Below are positions 44,312 to 52,440 of a stretch of DNA of 64,000 bases, one piece after another. Position numbers and translations under genes: made by a program. The DNA lies in the IMG/VR virus record IMGVR_UViG_3300042934_000594, positions 124,001-188,000 of that record; one strand, written 5' to 3'. The notes below the pieces were generated by a model. That model searched no databases and had not been told where the DNA came from. It saw only the letters and a list, made by a program, of their open reading frames with translations. Within the stretch, counting starts at the first letter, position 1. Every line of letters starts with the position of its first letter.

Positions 44312-45160
44312 TTACGCTAGCAGCTTCTTGGCGCGGGTGTATTCAGCTGCCAGCTTGGTGTCGTATTGATTTTTGGCGTAGCCTGCACCGTTGTACAGGC
44401 GGGCGAAATTCACCCAGTCTTGCGTTTGGATGGCCTTGAGCAAACCGCGCTGAGACTGGATAAACTTGACGAAAGCTTCCAGCTGCATACGTTCACTGAC
44501 GTACATCGAGGCGACGAACGCATCGACGCTGGCAAAGCCCAGCAGTTCCCAGTGGAAGCCCATGATCTGGTACGCCCCCCACGAGGCCGATTCCAGCGCT
44601 GCGGCCTTATTGATGAGCTTAGCCTTCTCCAGGCGGTCGTATTCCCGTGAACCGCCGATGTAACCGCCGGACTTGGTATTCACCAGACCCGGTTGGTTGG
44701 CCATGAACGGCGCTGGCTTGATGTCGTGCTCATCGAGCATGCGGTACATGATGTGGCGTTCGAACAGAATCACGGGACGACCGTCATCAAAGAAGCCGTG
44801 ACCGCGTGATTCCACGGCGTTGACGCACATCACTGACGCAACGTCTGTGCGCAGTGCACCGGCCGCCCATACAAGGTCAGCTTGACTGAGCAGTTTCAGG
44901 CTGACAGGGCAGCAGCCCCGAAGGATCTTGATGGTCTTAGGACCCGCAATTCCATCAGCTACCAGGTTGTTCTTGGTCTGAACAGCCCGGACGAACTTTT
45001 CGGTGGTAGGGCCGAAATCGCCATCGGGTTTGAGTTGGTAACCGGCGTTGACCAGAAGCTGTTGCAGCTCCAGGACCTCGGCACCTTTATCACCACGACG
45101 CAATACGGCATCTTTCGCAACTGCGACCCGATCTTCGGCGCCCAGTGTCGACAGATCCAT
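44312..45160 (-). CDS. Modular endolysin: peptidoglycan-binding domain plus DUF3380-type N-acetylmuramidase
   Basis: ATG 45160 after AGGAG; LRRGDKGAEVLELQQLL..DGDFGP.T..DGIAGPKT; VESRGHGF, FERH, SASWGAYQIMGFH, FARLYNG. Confidence 0.9.
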   Translation of the reverse strand: MDLSTLGAEDRVAVAKDAVLRRGDKGAEVLELQQLLVNAGYQLKPDGDFGPTTEKFVRAVQTKNNLVADGIAGPKTIKILRGCCPVSLKLLSQADLVWAAGALRTDVASVMCVNAVESRGHGFFDDGRPVILFERHIMYRMLDEHDIKPAPFMANQPGLVNTKSGGYIGGSREYDRLEKAKLINKAAALESASWGAYQIMGFHWELLGFASVDAFVASMYVSERMQLEAFVKFIQSQRGLLKAIQTQDWVNFARLYNGAGYAKNQYDTKLAAEYTRAKKLLA

Positions 45161-45203
45161 ATTTGTTACTCCTAGGGTGGGTGTTGCATTAAGTGAGGTT
45201 GTG

Positions 45204-45575
45204 TTATTGAGGAATGTCGCGTGCGATCTGCTCGGCCACTGCGGCTGCAACGTCAAAGCTCTCAAGCTCCTCCGATGACGACAGCCGGTGGATAATGTCA
45301 GCCACACGTTGCTCAGCACGGATGCATCGTTCCAGGTAACTTCCGACCCCATACACGTAGGTCGCAATATTGGCAGCGTTCAGTACGATCGTCTCTTTCC
45401 CACTCCACCAGTCCAGACTGGGTGGGGCATTCTCACGCATGAGAACTTGATGAGCCGACAGCAGGTTGGCGTACGTGCCCTGATTAACGTTGAGAAGATG
45501 TCCTTCAACGGTGACCGAATGGGTGAGTGCTTCGAGTTCACCCATCAGGCCGACAATGCATCTATCCACGCTCAC
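45204..45575 (-). CDS. DUF4376-like fibre chaperone
   Basis: 123 aa; AEQRVADII..LSSSEELESFDV tail similar to 37977-38633. Confidence 0.45.
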   Translation of the reverse strand: MSVDRCIVGLMGELEALTHSVTVEGHLLNVNQGTYANLLSAHQVLMRENAPPSLDWWSGKETIVLNAANIATYVYGVGSYLERCIRAEQRVADIIHRLSSSEELESFDVAAAVAEQIARDIPQ

Positions 45576-45578
45576 TCC

Positions 45579-46127
45579 TTAAGCGGTTTCGAGCAAACGA
45601 ATGCTCCCGTCTTCTAACTGCCGTGGTGTGCCGTCTTCGAGCAAGCGCGCGTTCGGGTTGACGCCAGAGCTGATGACTTCAATCTGCACTTCTCCGTAAT
45701 ACACATAGGAGCTGCTCAGGATCTTCATCGTGTAGATAAACGGCTTAGCACCGTCGCTCAACGTGGTGTTGCCCCAATCCACGTCAGTCGCGTCCAAGAA
45801 ACGGTTACGCGAACGGTTGATCTCCAGGGCAATGGAGCGGGCGGTGATCGCCCCTTGCACCACGATCTTGGGTTTAAGGCCCAAGCTCTTGGCAATGTCA
45901 AGGCGCCGGAACGCCAACCAACTTTTGATGTTGGTCCACTGGTTGTCCAGCTCCACAAAGGAGCGACCAGGAATCAGCGAGGTAGGACTGTGTGTCAGGT
46001 CACCGAAGACGGCGTACTCTTCACGAACGTCCAGATGGGGCAGACCTTTCTGGATCAGTGCCACCAGGGCCTGTTTACCAGGAAGGTCGTAGGGGAAATC
46101 GTCATCAATGGGGATCAGAGTGTTCAT
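45579..46127 (-). CDS. Virion structural protein with C-terminal RLLEDG repeats
   Basis: FRRLDI and SSSYVYYGEV module as in 27268/27709; ends NPNARLLEDGTPRQLEDGSIRLLETA. Start at 46127 is a best guess. Confidence 0.6.
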   Translation of the reverse strand: MNTLIPIDDDFPYDLPGKQALVALIQKGLPHLDVREEYAVFGDLTHSPTSLIPGRSFVELDNQWTNIKSWLAFRRLDIAKSLGLKPKIVVQGAITARSIALEINRSRNRFLDATDVDWGNTTLSDGAKPFIYTMKILSSSYVYYGEVQIEVISSGVNPNARLLEDGTPRQLEDGSIRLLETA

Positions 46128-46182
46128 GAGGGCCTCGGGGACTGGTTTAAAAAGTGAGTCCACATAGCATATCAATTCGAGG

Positions 46183-46221
46183 CGGCATAACGCCCTTCCC
46201 GTCAGGGAGGGGCGTATGTCG
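46183..46221. terminator. Hairpin flanked by CGGCATA and TATGTCG
   Basis: ACGCCCTTCCC-GTCA-GGGAGGGGCGT. Confidence 0.7.
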
Positions 46222-46222
46222 G

Positions 46223-46648
46223 TTAAGTGTTGCCGTTGTTCTGTGCGTTGTTCCAACCTTCGATCAGTTGCCCGATCAAACCGAACGTGCCTTTGATCAT
46301 CTCCATCAGTAGATCAAAGTAGTTGTGGCTCAGTGGGGTGTCGTTAAACACTTCCGCTAAAGCGATTAAAACAAACACAACAACCAACGGGACCGCAAGG
46401 ACCAGAATGGCAGTCTGGTAGCTGTCTTTCCCACGAACAGCCCCCAAGCTCTTATTGAGCATGCGGTCTTGCTTGACCTGGTCCGGGCATTGGTACACCT
46501 GGCTCAGGACGGTACTCCCTGGCATATCAAGCGTGATAGGGGTGTCGCCACCCAATGTTGCATTTACAAAAGCCCGAATCGTTTTGGAAAATGGACTTTT
46601 AGACAATGGTTCATCCCCGAGATCAATCAGTGCCTCCTCCAGTGTCAT
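46223..46648 (-). CDS. Membrane protein, holin candidate
   Basis: One TM segment (AILVLAVPLVVVFVLIALAEVF) plus an amphipathic tail; overlaps the end of the o-spanin gene. Confidence 0.35.
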   Translation of the reverse strand: MTLEEALIDLGDEPLSKSPFSKTIRAFVNATLGGDTPITLDMPGSTVLSQVYQCPDQVKQDRMLNKSLGAVRGKDSYQTAILVLAVPLVVVFVLIALAEVFNDTPLSHNYFDLLMEMIKGTFGLIGQLIEGWNNAQNNGNT

Positions 46649-46973
46649 GGTGGTTCTCCAAAGCTGATTGCTTTTTGTCGTATAACTGCCGCAGCTTTTC
46701 TAGCTGCTTGTTACAGTTTCCGACTGCATCGGTCTGCGCGTCGGCGTAGTCCTTCATCACCAAAAATCGCGCTTCCCATTTCGTGGGCGCCTTGGGGTAG
46801 AGGCGTTGAGCGTAGATCAACTCTTCGGCCGTCGGCGGTACCGCAACGTAGCAGTTTGCGGTCAGGGTACTAGGGGGTGCAACCAGGGTTGGCTCCGGTG
46901 GCGGTGCAGTAACGTGCGTGCATCCGGTCAGCCAGGTCAGTGAGAGCAGCGATAACCAAAGGATCATCTTCAT
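46623..46973 (-). CDS. Outer-membrane spanin (Rz1-like lipoprotein)
   Basis: MKMILWLSLLSLTWLTG-C lipobox, Pro-rich segment, C-terminal coiled coil with Cys; overlaps the 3' end of the i-spanin gene. Confidence 0.75.
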   Translation of the reverse strand: MKMILWLSLLSLTWLTGCTHVTAPPPEPTLVAPPSTLTANCYVAVPPTAEELIYAQRLYPKAPTKWEARFLVMKDYADAQTDAVGNCNKQLEKLRQLYDKKQSALENHHDTGGGTD

Positions 46974-47436
46974 CTGCTGGAGCGGGCGAGACAGTAGGTT
47001 TGACAGCATGTGGCTTTTCCTTGCGGACCGATTTTATTTGAGCTGATGTTCGAGCAGCGCTTGCAGTTGAGCGAGTCGGTACAGCAACCCGAGCAGCTGG
47101 TACAGGCTGAACATCATGAGCGCCACCAGCAGAAGGCTCAGGATGGGCCGTCGCCAGGAAGGCGGCGGAATCAGCTTGCCGACTCTTTGCTTGAAGCTCT
47201 CGGCGTTCGGTCGTCGCTTGAACATATTCAGCCACAGCCTTGTCAGCGGCTTGGTAGGTCTTGGCTTGGAAGGCGTTGGCCCGCTCCAAGCGTTGGTTGT
47301 CCACACCCAGCACAATGTTTTTGTCTTTAGCGGCCTGCCACTTGTTAAAGCTGACGTAGCCCACTACCCCTGCTACCGCAAGTACTCCGAGCAGCACCCA
47401 CTCAAACCACTTCACACCCTTGAGTAGTTGAAACAT
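46870..47436 (-). CDS. Inner-membrane spanin (Rz-like)
   Basis: N-terminal TM segment, coiled coil, C-terminal Cys residues (YCTATGANPGC). Confidence 0.75.
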   Translation of the reverse strand: MFQLLKGVKWFEWVLLGVLAVAGVVGYVSFNKWQAAKDKNIVLGVDNQRLERANAFQAKTYQAADKAVAEYVQATTERRELQAKSRQADSAAFLATAHPEPSAGGAHDVQPVPAARVAVPTRSTASAARTSAQIKSVRKEKPHAVKPTVSPAPADEDDPLVIAALTDLADRMHARYCTATGANPGCTP

Positions 47437-47453
47437 ATTGATTCCTCAGACAG

Positions 47454-48020
47454 TCACACCAAAAAGAGGAAGTAGTAAATACCGACAGCGACGGAGTCGA
47501 TGCTGTGCTCATCTAGATCGTCCGTGAGGACGTCACCCCAGTCAATGTCACGACGGCTTTGCAACGCGTGTTTCACGTCCTCCTTGGTGGATTTCTTACT
47601 AAAGGCCACACCAGCGGCTTTCTTAGCCGTGGGTGGGTCAACCAAGCACAATGGTAGAAAGGGGTCGTAACGAAAGACCATGTTGCGGATCATCACGATG
47701 CATTCAATCAGCCCGGCAAACGCTTGCGGGAAACGCCCTAGAAAAGGCGATTCCGCAATCACCGCATGGGGCCGAAATTGCAGCAGGGTGTTGAGCAGCA
47801 AATCCCCCAGGTTCATCAAGCGCGCAATCCGCTTGCCGTAGGTTTCCCCTACGGAGTCGTACAGCGGGTTATTGTCTTTGGCTTCGAGGGTAAAGCACTC
47901 CACGATGCGAAAGGCGTGTGTCCCCACGTGCCACTCCCACAGGGTAATGCCCATGGTCATTGTGCCTGGGTCAATACTGAGCAGTCGAAACGGCTCGTTT
48001 GACTCAGGCATGGTCAGCAT
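47454..48020 (-). CDS. ruvC: Holliday junction resolvase, RuvC family
   Basis: LLSIDPGT, AVIAESPF, KEDVK and DEHSIDSVAVG catalytic motifs. Confidence 0.85.
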   Translation of the reverse strand: MLTMPESNEPFRLLSIDPGTMTMGITLWEWHVGTHAFRIVECFTLEAKDNNPLYDSVGETYGKRIARLMNLGDLLLNTLLQFRPHAVIAESPFLGRFPQAFAGLIECIVMIRNMVFRYDPFLPLCLVDPPTAKKAAGVAFSKKSTKEDVKHALQSRRDIDWGDVLTDDLDEHSIDSVAVGIYYFLFLV

Positions 48021-48029
48021 GGGAATTCC

Positions 48030-48920
48030 TTAGCTAAGCCAAACAGCGGCGTTAGCATCATCTTCACCCAGGGTCGGTTCAACACCACCCACGTCGAAGG
48101 TGAACTCAGCGCCGTTGGACGCGTAGCCCAGCGAGTGGTTGGTGCCGATGAACACGTTCACTTGCACCGCGATCGCTTCCAGGTACGAGAAGTTAGCACC
48201 CGTGCCCGATTGACCCGGTACCGTGCGGTCCACACCCGAGCACAGCGCCAGTTCCGACAGCACCGGCGAACGCGCCGAGCCGGTACGGATTTTGTGGGCA
48301 GCCAGAATCTCGGCCACGTCTTCAGCTGTGAGGTTGGCTTTGATGATGGCCGAAGCCGAGATGGAGCGGTCCGAACCCAGAACAATACCCGAGTTGGAAA
48401 TCTCAGGACGCTTGGGGTTCAGGTCGTCAGTGGTCGGTACGTACTGGGTCACGGTCTCAACCCCGTCCACTACCTCGATCTGTTGCAGCATCGGCAACAC
48501 CCCGTCCAGGTTCAGACGACGCAGGTAGTAGGCAAAGTACTGCACGCCATTGTGCGATTCGATCCGGCGCAGGGCGTATTGCGCCCGGCGGTTGGCCGGC
48601 AGATCGTTGGACAGCTCACGCAGGACAAACGGAATCTGCCCGTACAGGCCAGCATCGTTGGAGCGGTGCGGTACGGGGATGGTTTCATCCGAACCGTCAT
48701 CCGCTTTCTGCGTGGCGTGACCCAGGTTACCAATGGCCAGGTAACGCATGTTCGGCACTTCGTTGGCGTTGGGCTTGACCTTGGCCTGAATGTTCAAACG
48801 CTCGTTCAACGTGGTGTTGGGAATCAGCGTAAACGGCAACCCCAAGGTCTTGGTGGTTTGCAGGTACACGCCGTATGCGGTACGGGTGACGCTGATGATC
48901 TCTTGGTCAATGGCGGACAT
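48030..48920 (-). CDS. Virion structural protein (phiKZ gp139-like)
   Basis: 296 aa; [19 protein letters not shown] and [20 protein letters not shown] motifs. Confidence 0.55.
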   Translation of the reverse strand: MSAIDQEIISVTRTAYGVYLQTTKTLGLPFTLIPNTTLNERLNIQAKVKPNANEVPNMRYLAIGNLGHATQKADDGSDETIPVPHRSNDAGLYGQIPFVLRELSNDLPANRRAQYALRRIESHNGVQYFAYYLRRLNLDGVLPMLQQIEVVDGVETVTQYVPTTDDLNPKRPEISNSGIVLGSDRSISASAIIKANLTAEDVAEILAAHKIRTGSARSPVLSELALCSGVDRTVPGQSGTGANFSYLEAIAVQVNVFIGTNHSLGYASNGAEFTFDVGGVEPTLGEDDANAAVWLS

Positions 48921-48931
48921 TCACAAAACTC

Positions 48932-49561
48932 CTAAGTGCCAGTTGTTGCTAAGCAAAGATGTTGATCGATAAACTGCTGAGCGCAGCGCTTGAACAATTC
49001 GGTGGGTGCCAGGGTGCTCTGACAGAACCCTGGATCAATACTGTTGTACGATAAGGTATCTACGTAGCTTTCTAGCTTTCCGCCACGGCGATAGAACACG
49101 GTGTAATCCAGCGTGCTCGGTTGTTGCTTGAGTTCGTGCGTGTCCAGATCACGCACCAGGCGTTCCACACAACGGACGCCTTGTACCTGGATGGCGGTCC
49201 CGGGGTCTATGCGCCCTTGGGTGTCGCCATCGGGCGTGGTCTCTGGGTGTTGGCGAGCAGGCCTTCCAGGAATGAGTCGTGGCAGCGGGTCTTGCCGACG
49301 TTGCAGCACTTGCGTGATGGCCAGTGCTTCCAACTCCGCCTCACTGTAGGTACGTGGCTCTAAGTCCACGTACCAACGAATCTCCCCTTCAAGCTTGTAG
49401 ACGGTGGGCAATCCTTTACACTGCGCATCAAACCACGTCCATACAGAGTAGGCCAGACTACAGCGGGGTTTAAGCCCATAGAGGATTTTCACCTCTAGCT
49501 CACTGATCAACGCGTACCGCGATGCGTCGAGTTTAAAGTACCCCTTGATTGCCGGATTCAT
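48932..49561 (-). CDS. Hypothetical protein
   Basis: 209-aa ORF in the operon, GGAG-like RBS. Confidence 0.55.
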   Translation of the reverse strand: MNPAIKGYFKLDASRYALISELEVKILYGLKPRCSLAYSVWTWFDAQCKGLPTVYKLEGEIRWYVDLEPRTYSEAELEALAITQVLQRRQDPLPRLIPGRPARQHPETTPDGDTQGRIDPGTAIQVQGVRCVERLVRDLDTHELKQQPSTLDYTVFYRRGGKLESYVDTLSYNSIDPGFCQSTLAPTELFKRCAQQFIDQHLCLATTGT

Positions 49562-49591
49562 TTACTACCCCTCCCCGAGTAGGCACCCTAC

Positions 49592-50092
49592 CTAGGGCGC
49601 AGTATCAAACTGATTAGGCGCCCCACGGACCATCACGCAGGCCCACAGTTGGCCTTGCGCACTGGGTTTGATCTCATGGATCTCACTGAGGTTAAAGCCA
49701 ATGCCTTCCCCACGGTTCAGGGTGACCTCACGGTCATTGAGCAGCAGCGTCTGGCCATTTTGCATGGCGTAGGCCATGGCAGTACCGGAACCTGCCTCTT
49801 TACCCACCCAGGCTGTCATACGATCCAGAAAACCGACCTCAGGTGGGATGTACAGGAACCACCCCACGGTGGCCCGCTGGACCATCTTCTCTGGAAATTG
49901 CAATTTGAACATGTCACGCACTTGCCAACGCCAGGTGAACCAGCGGGTGGTGTAGTAGGTCGACAGGTTCTTGGCTCCGTTCTCACCCATGCGCAAGCGG
50001 TGACTGCTGGCCTGAACCAGGGAGAAGGTGTCAAACAGTTGTTTCAGGGTGTGGACGCGCGATGGCGTCAACGGTTTCAAACGAGTGATCAT
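49592..50092 (-). CDS. Putative double-stranded beta-helix (2OG-oxygenase/cupin-like, degenerate)
   Basis: Beta-strand pattern VGWFLYIP..GFLD...AMAY...GEGIGFN..IHEIKP...LWACVMV; adjacent to a 2OG-Fe(II) oxygenase. Confidence 0.4.
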   Translation of the reverse strand: MITRLKPLTPSRVHTLKQLFDTFSLVQASSHRLRMGENGAKNLSTYYTTRWFTWRWQVRDMFKLQFPEKMVQRATVGWFLYIPPEVGFLDRMTAWVGKEAGSGTAMAYAMQNGQTLLLNDREVTLNRGEGIGFNLSEIHEIKPSAQGQLWACVMVRGAPNQFDTAP

Positions 50093-50107
50093 GCGAACAT
50101 TCCTGCG

Positions 50108-50590
50108 TCATTCGTACAGGTAGATAGCCACGTACCGGCGGTGCTTGACAGGCGGTACAGCGTGAGGGGCACTGCGGGCAGGGAAGACCAATGCTTGACC
50201 AGGAACGTCTTGGATAAACGTCCCTTCGACTGTGATGCCATCGCCGTTGTCACACAAGGCCACCACCACATTAAAGCGGTATTGGGCAATGTCCACGTGT
50301 TCGGGCATGTAACCCCCGACTTCGTAACGGTTGATGCACCACTCCGCCAGGCGCCCCCCTTCGATCACCGGTGCGAGTGATTTTAGGTACTCGCTAAAGA
50401 CCTTGTCCTGTTGCCGATCACCACAGAAGTAATAATCGCTGGTCGGGTCAGTGCCGGTGGGGATACTGTTGATCTTCTTGCGGTGGAACCAGCGGGCGGG
50501 ATGAAACCCCGCCAGCAGTTCTAACAGGTACGCACACTCATCCTTACCAAACGCTACCGCCAGCTGATGGTCGCGGGCCGTAGGCTTCAT
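50108..50590 (-). CDS. 2OG-Fe(II) oxygenase (prolyl-4-hydroxylase-like)
   Basis: INRYEVGGYMPE-HVD (HxD), PGQALVFP, APHAVPPV (second His), RRYVAIY (2OG-binding Arg). Confidence 0.85.
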   Translation of the reverse strand: MKPTARDHQLAVAFGKDECAYLLELLAGFHPARWFHRKKINSIPTGTDPTSDYYFCGDRQQDKVFSEYLKSLAPVIEGGRLAEWCINRYEVGGYMPEHVDIAQYRFNVVVALCDNGDGITVEGTFIQDVPGQALVFPARSAPHAVPPVKHRRYVAIYLYE

Positions 50591-51107
50591 GGACACCACC
50601 TTCAAGTCGAGCGGCCTCGGCGGCTTCTGCATCGGCAATGGAGATGTATTCATACGCTGGGTTCTCCCGGAAGCCTTGCTTGTTGTTCTCGTTGGCGAGT
50701 TTGACCTCGTTGATGTACGCCACCATTTCGACCAACTCGTCCTGGTCAACCCCCAGCTTTTCCGAGAGGGCCATGATAGCGCGACTGAGAACGTTAACCT
50801 GCTGGATCACGGGGTACGCTTTGGTGATCTTGTCACGGGCAATGGCGTCCAAGGCCGACTCGTAGATCGGCGCTGGTACCTCCTTTCGGTCAACGACTTT
50901 GTAGTCTGGGTAATTGCCCAGGACGACGTCGTTACTGAAATCCCATTGGGCGTCTTCGTAGGCGAACAGGTCCTGCCCGCCAAACGTTTCTTTGTCCCCC
51001 GTCAGGGCAGCGATGAACTGCCCTGTGATGGCATTAAATTGCAATACGGCTGGAATACGACCCGTTGGGGTTTCGTATTTCTCAGGGCTCAGGGTGGTAT
51101 CAGACAT
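50544..51107 (-). CDS. Hypothetical protein, possible fibre assembly factor
   Basis: 187 aa, AAGGA RBS; directly follows the fibre paralog cluster. Confidence 0.55.
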   Translation of the reverse strand: MSDTTLSPEKYETPTGRIPAVLQFNAITGQFIAALTGDKETFGGQDLFAYEDAQWDFSNDVVLGNYPDYKVVDRKEVPAPIYESALDAIARDKITKAYPVIQQVNVLSRAIMALSEKLGVDQDELVEMVAYINEVKLANENNKQGFRENPAYEYISIADAEAAEAARLEGGVHEAYGPRPSAGGSVW

Positions 51108-51117
51108 GGATCAATCC

Positions 51118-52431
51118 TTAAAGAATAACCCAGCCGCCTGTCGGCGCCAGGTAGCAGAGAACGGAATCTTGCAGCTCGCCGTTCCAGAAACCGGTATGGA
51201 GGGTGGCGATGCAGTAGGCCCCACCGTAACCGCCGTAGGCTTCGTACCCGAAGGTGGTGTCCAACCACTGCTTTAGCTGCGCAGGGTTACCGTGGTAACC
51301 GGTCCAAGCCACGTAGACGGGTCGCTTGCCGTAGGTCTCGAAGATCTCGGCAATGCTACGCCACGCACCTCCCACCAACACGTAGTTACCGTCACTGCCC
51401 CCAGGGGCGAGTTTGTTGGCAGGGAACACACCTGAGACCACGTCGGTGGCGTACAGGTTGGTGCGCGCTTGGTCGAACAGCTGGCGGTAACTGGCCCCTT
51501 GTAACAACCAGCTGTCGTAAGCCACCGCATCACGCGGTAAGCGCGAGGCTACCAACGAATCAGTCTGGTTGCGCAGGTACGCCCCGATCTGCGCAGCCGT
51601 CTCACGGTGGGGACGGTTAAAGTCACTGATGTGATTGCGCAGCGACGGCAGTGCTTCAGCTTCCAGTTGCTGATAAACCCGGGTAGGGTTCATGTAACGG
51701 TTGGTGGCCCCGGCCACGGCTTCTGGCTGTGTCGCCATGGGCCAGTTCTGCAAATTGCCCAACCCCACTTGTGTGGCCGTCACGTCGTGCGGATCATTGG
51801 TGTCGAGGTAATGCGTTTCGAATGGCTGGCTGTAGTTGGCCAGGGCCAGACGGTCCTGGGCAATCTGTGCGTCGCCGTACGCCTTGGCTTCGTCGAGCAT
51901 GCCCTTGTTACCGATCTGCACCGCCTTACCGATGCGTTTAAGCTCAGTGACCGTCCATTCCCACCCGTAGGTCTCCCACCATTCCTGCTCATGCGCCTCA
52001 GGGGCGTAGTAGCGCGGCTTGGCGATGATCGAGTCCCAGGTGAAGGGGAAGTTGTCATCGGACGCTGCCAACAGCAGTGCTTTGAGTTCATTGGCCGGTA
52101 CCCCGAACATACCGCCCACGGCGCGGTAGGACACCGTCAGGTCCGCTGGAACGTCGGGGTTGGTGATGACAATCATCCCGAACACTTCCTGGTGGGTCAG
52201 CTCTGAAAGCTCCCCGTACAGGTAAGTGGGTTTGAAATCGACGCCGCGTTTGAGGGTCGAGCCATCGGGTTTAAAAATCGTCAGTTGGGTGGTGTAGAAC
52301 CCTCCGTGACGCAACATGATCACTCGATCAGTGCGGTTAGGCAACGTGATCAAGTTGACCGGTTCCTGAACCACGCGGTTCGAGATCCGATTCCCCATTA
52401 AGTCCAGGGGTAGAAAAGTAAGCGTTGACAT
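51118..52431 (-). CDS. Tail fibre/baseplate protein with H..D..NPH.VT..QVGL repeats
   Basis: LPLDLMG..ISNRV N-terminal domain; HYLDTNDPHDVTATQVGLGNLQN; HISDFNRPHRETAAQIG. Confidence 0.65.
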   Translation of the reverse strand: MSTLTFLPLDLMGNRISNRVVQEPVNLITLPNRTDRVIMLRHGGFYTTQLTIFKPDGSTLKRGVDFKPTYLYGELSELTHQEVFGMIVITNPDVPADLTVSYRAVGGMFGVPANELKALLLAASDDNFPFTWDSIIAKPRYYAPEAHEQEWWETYGWEWTVTELKRIGKAVQIGNKGMLDEAKAYGDAQIAQDRLALANYSQPFETHYLDTNDPHDVTATQVGLGNLQNWPMATQPEAVAGATNRYMNPTRVYQQLEAEALPSLRNHISDFNRPHRETAAQIGAYLRNQTDSLVASRLPRDAVAYDSWLLQGASYRQLFDQARTNLYATDVVSGVFPANKLAPGGSDGNYVLVGGAWRSIAEIFETYGKRPVYVAWTGYHGNPAQLKQWLDTTFGYEAYGGYGGAYCIATLHTGFWNGELQDSVLCYLAPTGGWVIL

Positions 52432-52440
52432 GTTACCCCC

